From NCBI GenBank assembly GCA_964590095.1, contig CAZPYW010000001.1, positions 1-47,205 on the forward strand: 47,205 nt of DNA, written 5' to 3'. Of this stretch, positions 43,542-47,205 are shown piece after piece. The DNA comes from an uncultured Oscillospiraceae bacterium (GTDB taxonomy: Bacteria; Bacillota; Clostridia; Oscillospirales; Oscillospiraceae). A program made the translations under genes and the position numbers. Each line of letters begins with the position of its first letter. The first letter of the stretch is position 1. The notes below the pieces were generated by a model. That model had not been told where the DNA came from. It saw nothing but the letters and a program-made list of their open reading frames with translations, and did not search any database.

Positions 43542-43766
43542 ATGGATGCTAGGAAAACCGGCAAGTTCATTTGTGAGAACCGAAAAAAGCATGGCATGTC
43601 GCAAAAAGAGCTGGCAGATAGATTAAGTATTACCGACAAAGCAATCAGTAAATGGGAGCGCGGCATATCTTTTCCCGACATATCCATGCTGATTCCCATT
43701 TCAAAAGTGTTGGAAATCAGTTTATATGATTTATTAACCGGAGGTGAGGATGATGAACCGGAATGA
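43542..43766 (+). CDS. Small XRE-family HTH transcriptional regulator
   Basis: 74 aa; GKFICENRKK.GMSQKELA..L.ITDKAISKWERG.SFPDI; SD GAGGAGG. Confidence 0.88.
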   Translation: MDARKTGKFICENRKKHGMSQKELADRLSITDKAISKWERGISFPDISMLIPISKVLEISLYDLLTGGEDDEPE

Positions 43767-44184
43767 TGCGGAAGCTGTGATTCAAGATACGATTGCGTAT
43801 GCAAATCAGGAAATAAAGAAAAGTAGGGAACGAAGTCGCAGAATTGTAATTGCCACAATTGCTTCCGCAGCCCTTCTTGTGATTCTTTTGGGAAGCTGTT
43901 TTCTGTCATATGCCACATTTCATACAGCAAATCCGTTTTCTGCTGCAAGCGGTTATTTTCAAATAGCTGTCTTAGATCGGGAATACGCTGAAATCCAGGC
44001 CGCACCCAAGGTCATAATTGCGCAGCCAAATGGTGAAATTTTTACAGATTATATGCAGTCACGTGGCTTTACGGAGCTGGAAGAGGAGCAGCTGGGCGCA
44101 ATACGGGTTTTTACAAACGGCGAGGATATGGAGTGCGTTTGGTATTCAATCAACAGGTATTATTCAAAATGGTGCTGGCAGTAA
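43753..44184 (+). CDS. Hypothetical single-pass membrane protein coupled to the XRE gene
   Basis: About 143 aa; SD GGAGGTG; short helical N-terminus, basic patch, one TM segment, small outer domain. Confidence 0.75.
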   Translation: MNRNDAEAVIQDTIAYANQEIKKSRERSRRIVIATIASAALLVILLGSCFLSYATFHTANPFSAASGYFQIAVLDREYAEIQAAPKVIIAQPNGEIFTDYMQSRGFTELEEEQLGAIRVFTNGEDMECVWYSINRYYSKWCWQ

Positions 44185-44235
44185 AATAAAGCTTTACAAT
44201 TCGATAGAATACTAAATTCCAGCTTCTAGATACGA

Positions 44236-44267
44236 AAAAACCGGATACCAGACGGTATCCGGTTTTT
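44236..44267. terminator. Bidirectional intrinsic terminator
   Basis: AAAAACCGGATACC-AGAC-GGTATCCGGTTTTT between convergent genes. Confidence 0.85.
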
Positions 44268-44279
44268 AGTATGCAGTTT

Positions 44280-45002
44280 TCAGATCTGTGAGAGAACCTC
44301 ACCGATGCGGTCGCGAAAGATCAGCCCCGCGTAATCATCATACGGCGTTTCGTCGCGGTTGATCAGCACGAGCCGACTGCCGCCGTAATAGCGCAGAAGT
44401 CCCGCTGCCGGATAGACGGTCAGCGAGGTACCGCCGACGATCAGCAGATCGGCCTCGGAAATGGCGCGAACCGCGCCCTCAAGACACTGGCCGTCAAGAC
44501 TTTCCTCATACAGCACGACGTCGGGCTTGATCACCCCGCCGCAGGTACAGTGCGGCACGCCGGAGGAGTCGCGGATGTAGGCCATGTCATAGAATTTGCC
44601 GCAGCGCGTACAGTGGTTGCGGTGAATCGAGCCGTGAAGCTCATAGACGCGCCTGCTTCCGGCCAGCTGGTGCAGACCGTCGATGTTCTGCGTGACGACG
44701 GCGGTCAGCTTGCCGGCAGTCTCCAGCGCCGCAAGGCGCAGATGCGCAGCGTTTGGCTGAATACCGTCGGGCAGGAGCATTTTTTCTCGATAAAAGCGAT
44801 AGAATGCGTCAGTGTGCTGATAGAAAAAGGAGTGGCTGAGGATGGTTTCGGGCGGGTAGTCAAATTTCTGGTGGTAGAGGCCGTCTTCACTTCTGAAATC
44901 CGGAATACCGGACTCGGTGGAGACGCCCGCGCCGCCGAAAAAGACGATGCGTTTACTTTCCGCGATCCAGGTTTTTAGACGGCCGATTTCGGAATTGTTC
45001 AT
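44280..45002 (-). CDS. cobB: NAD-dependent protein deacylase (Sir2 family)
   Basis: 240 aa from ATG 45002 (SD GGAGG); GGAGVSTESGIPDFRS, TQNIDGLH, ELHGS, CxxC..CxC, KPDVVLY, GTSL.VYPAA. Confidence 0.94.
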   Translation of the reverse strand: MNNSEIGRLKTWIAESKRIVFFGGAGVSTESGIPDFRSEDGLYHQKFDYPPETILSHSFFYQHTDAFYRFYREKMLLPDGIQPNAAHLRLAALETAGKLTAVVTQNIDGLHQLAGSRRVYELHGSIHRNHCTRCGKFYDMAYIRDSSGVPHCTCGGVIKPDVVLYEESLDGQCLEGAVRAISEADLLIVGGTSLTVYPAAGLLRYYGGSRLVLINRDETPYDDYAGLIFRDRIGEVLSQI

Positions 45003-45741
45003 CTTCTTCCTCCAATTCTGCGACAAATTTTCGCTCGGCGCGCGTTTTGAACGGGAAGCGCAGCTGCGCAAACAGATCCGGCCGCGCACGCATGGTGCGC
45101 AGGATGGACTGCTTCTTGCGCCAGCGCGCGACAAGCTGGTGATTGCCGCCAAGCAGCACCTCTGGCACATGCAGACCGTGCCAGACATCCGGACGGGAGT
45201 ATTGCGGGTATTCCAGCAGACCGGACCAGTGGCTTTCGTCGGTAAAGCACTCCTCACCGCCCAGAACGCCGGGCACGAGACGGCACACGGCATCGGCAAC
45301 ACACATGGCCGGAAGCTCACCGCCGGTCAGAACGAAATCTCCGATGGAGATCTCTTCGTCCACGCATTCGTCGATAAAGCGCTGGTCAATGCCCTCATAG
45401 TGGCCGCAGACCAGAATGATATTCTCGTGCCTGCACAGTGCCCGCGCCTTATCCTGTGTAAAGACAGAGCCGCAGGGCGAAAGATAGATGGTGTGAACCG
45501 GTGCGCTGGCCTCGTCACAGACAGCCTCCCAGCAGCGGTAAAGCGGGTCACACTGCATGATCGCGCCGCGTCCGCCGCCATAGGGATAGTCGTCCACCTG
45601 ATTCTGGCGGTTGGCGGTATAATCGCGAATCTGATGGGCGTGAATCTCGATCAGACCCTTCTTCTGCGCGCGGCCAAGAATGCTTTCCTGCATGATGGCG
45701 TCAATGGACGCGGGAAAAAGCGTCAGGATATCAAATCTCAT
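44953..45741 (-). CDS. trmD: tRNA (guanine37-N1)-methyltransferase
   Basis: 262 aa; DILTLFP, VDDYPYGGG.G, CGHYEGID.R, SIGDFVLTGGE, LLEYPQY.RP. Confidence 0.96.
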   Translation of the reverse strand: MRFDILTLFPASIDAIMQESILGRAQKKGLIEIHAHQIRDYTANRQNQVDDYPYGGGRGAIMQCDPLYRCWEAVCDEASAPVHTIYLSPCGSVFTQDKARALCRHENIILVCGHYEGIDQRFIDECVDEEISIGDFVLTGGELPAMCVADAVCRLVPGVLGGEECFTDESHWSGLLEYPQYSRPDVWHGLHVPEVLLGGNHQLVARWRKKQSILRTMRARPDLFAQLRFPFKTRAERKFVAELEEEDEQFRNRPSKNLDRGK

Positions 45742-46228
45742 CGGTACGCATACCCTCGATCAGACGGACGCGGACATAGCCTGCATCCGTGTTTTTTTCC
45801 AGAATGAACTCCGGCACGCCCGGGATCAGATACTCATGCTCGCCGCGGACGACATAGACGTCACTTCCCGGGTAGGTAAGAATATCGGCAACCTCACCGA
45901 TCTGCGTTTCATCGGCAAAGACCGGAAGCCCAATCAGATCGGCGATGAAAACGGCGCCGTCGTCCAGCTGTGCATCGCTCCGACGGATTTGAACCGTTTT
46001 TTCGCGCAGCGCAGCGGCGGACTCGACATCGTCAACACCGGCCAGCTTCATCAAAACGCAGGTCTTCTGTACGCGCGCGGACTGAACGGCGTAGGCCTTG
46101 CCGCCGAGATAGACGGTGTCAAAGTCCAGCAGAAAGGCAGGCTCATCAGCCCAGGGGAGAATTTTGATCTCACCGCGCACGCCATGCGTGCTGACGATCT
46201 GACCGGCGTCGAGAAATTCTTTTTTCAT
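45731..46228 (-). CDS. rimM: Ribosome maturation factor RimM
   Basis: 165 aa from ATG 46228 (SD GAGGAG); GQIVSTHGVRGEIK, FIADLIG, DVYVV, LIP. Confidence 0.94.
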   Translation of the reverse strand: MKKEFLDAGQIVSTHGVRGEIKILPWADEPAFLLDFDTVYLGGKAYAVQSARVQKTCVLMKLAGVDDVESAAALREKTVQIRRSDAQLDDGAVFIADLIGLPVFADETQIGEVADILTYPGSDVYVVRGEHEYLIPGVPEFILEKNTDAGYVRVRLIEGMRTDEI

Positions 46229-46287
46229 AGTGGCTCCTCTTTCCGTGTTTGCTTGGTATGCTGCGCGATAAATTGGGATGGATGGCA

Positions 46288-47205
46288 TCAGCCATACTGC
46301 TCCATCAGGTAAAGACTCAGCTTTGACTGCATCCGGTCGAGGGCGGTATCCAGATCAATGCTGCCGGATTCCAGCTCGCCCAGCACTTCCAGTATGACAG
46401 ACAGCGCTGTCGTATCGTAAAAGTCCATTGTTTTGCAGGTGTTGGCAAGCTCTACGATCACCTGCACATCATCGAATGTTGTGATCTCGGCATACGGAAC
46501 GTCCAGACCTTTCAGGACATCCAGATTGTCTTTCAGCAGGGGTGCATAAATCGGGGTTCCGTCCGCGCTGTATTCCATCCACGGGTGAAGCACAAGATAC
46601 TTGAGAAATTCCCAGCAGCCCTCGGGGCAGGCGGTTGATGCGCTTACGCCCAGCGGTGTCATAAGCTTGATGTCAAGGCCGTTGCTCCCATCGGGTGTCG
46701 GCCACCCCACATAGTGCAGGGTCTGACCGCAACGGTAACGGTCAAAGGAAACCTCAAGCGCAGAGCTCAGCCCCACATAGCAGCAGATCAGATCTCCGTC
46801 CAGAATCCGCTGCGGCACGTTTTTTTCGGGGTTGTATCCGCCGTCATAGCGTCCTGCGTCCAGCGCCGACTGTAAAATCTCGCGAAATTCCGGCGTGTTC
46901 AAATTACACTGTGCGTGTTCATAGTCGATTGCGCCGCGCAGATACCGTCCGCCGATTTTCTCCACGAAATTCGACGGATTCATGTAGTAGATCATATCCT
47001 GATCCGGTTGCAGGGACTTTTCCAAAGCCAGATATTCTGCAATTGTCCAGTCTGTGTAAAGCTGTTGGGTCTGCTGGGAGCAGCTCAATGCCTCGATGCC
47101 AAACGTGGGAGACAGCAGGTAAAGACCGCCGTATTCATGTAACGCGTTCCAGGGAACAATATCCTCTGCGCTGAGTTCCGTGTCAGATGCAAGCAGCGGG
47201 TCGAG
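46288..47205 (-). CDS. Extracellular solute-binding protein (sugar-type ABC SBP-like), 5' end outside the window
   Basis: Frame is open to the window edge (LDPLLASDTELSAEDIV..); YVGWPTPDG, GVSAST..PEGCWEFLKYL and C-terminal ..MQSKLSLYLMEQ are typical of clostridial SBP_bac_1-like proteins. Confidence 0.7.
   Translation of the reverse strand, partial: LDPLLASDTELSAEDIVPWNALHEYGGLYLLSPTFGIEALSCSQQTQQLYTDWTIAEYLALEKSLQPDQDMIYYMNPSNFVEKIGGRYLRGAIDYEHAQCNLNTPEFREILQSALDAGRYDGGYNPEKNVPQRILDGDLICCYVGLSSALEVSFDRYRCGQTLHYVGWPTPDGSNGLDIKLMTPLGVSASTACPEGCWEFLKYLVLHPWMEYSADGTPIYAPLLKDNLDVLKGLDVPYAEITTFDDVQVIVELANTCKTMDFYDTTALSVILEVLGELESGSIDLDTALDRMQSKLSLYLMEQYG

Noticed and set aside
44280-45002. Sir2-domain anti-phage NADase (Thoeris/DSR-like) linked with nadE
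   Set aside because: It is a standard 240-aa zinc-binding CobB-type deacylase in a housekeeping operon, more than 11 kb from nadE, with no defence partners
1-47205. CRISPR array, prophage, IS, integron, rRNA or tRNA genes
   Set aside because: No regularly spaced direct repeats, transposase, integrase, phage genes or stable-RNA signatures were seen by eye

Overview
GC-rich chromosomal segment of a Clostridia-type bacterium (gene content and signals suggest an Oscillospiraceae-like gut organism; this is inference). About 43 CDS; no tRNA, rRNA, CRISPR array, integrase or transposase is recognisable. Left part: ProX-type tRNA editing protein, LCP protein, DUF362 ferredoxin-domain protein, acyl-CoA ligase, DUF1624 membrane protein, a divergent pair of single-pass proteins (zinc-ribbon/Big_2 protein and a Hanks kinase with an FN3 ectodomain), pepF, and DUF3343 plus a cysteine desulfurase-like gene. 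Middle: one co-directional housekeeping run, cdaA-cdaR-yicC-remA-gmk-rpoZ-priA-def-fmt-rsmB-rlmN-stp-pknB-rsgA. Right part: OmpR-family two-component pair, nadE, XRE-membrane protein, AlkZ-like glycosylase, BlaI/BlaR1-like pair with two clear operators, a five-gene Opp/Nik-type ABC importer, a low-GC XRE islet, and a partial solute-binding protein followed by rimM-trmD-cobB. The most unusual signal is non-coding: upstream of pepF (10610-10772) are two adjacent four-way-junction palindromic elements that match each other in inverted orientation in topology and linker lengths but not in sequence. The best protein-level candidate for an undescribed system is the FN3 receptor kinase with its divergent zinc-ribbon/Big_2 partner. 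All calls come from reading motifs by eye; no database searches were run.
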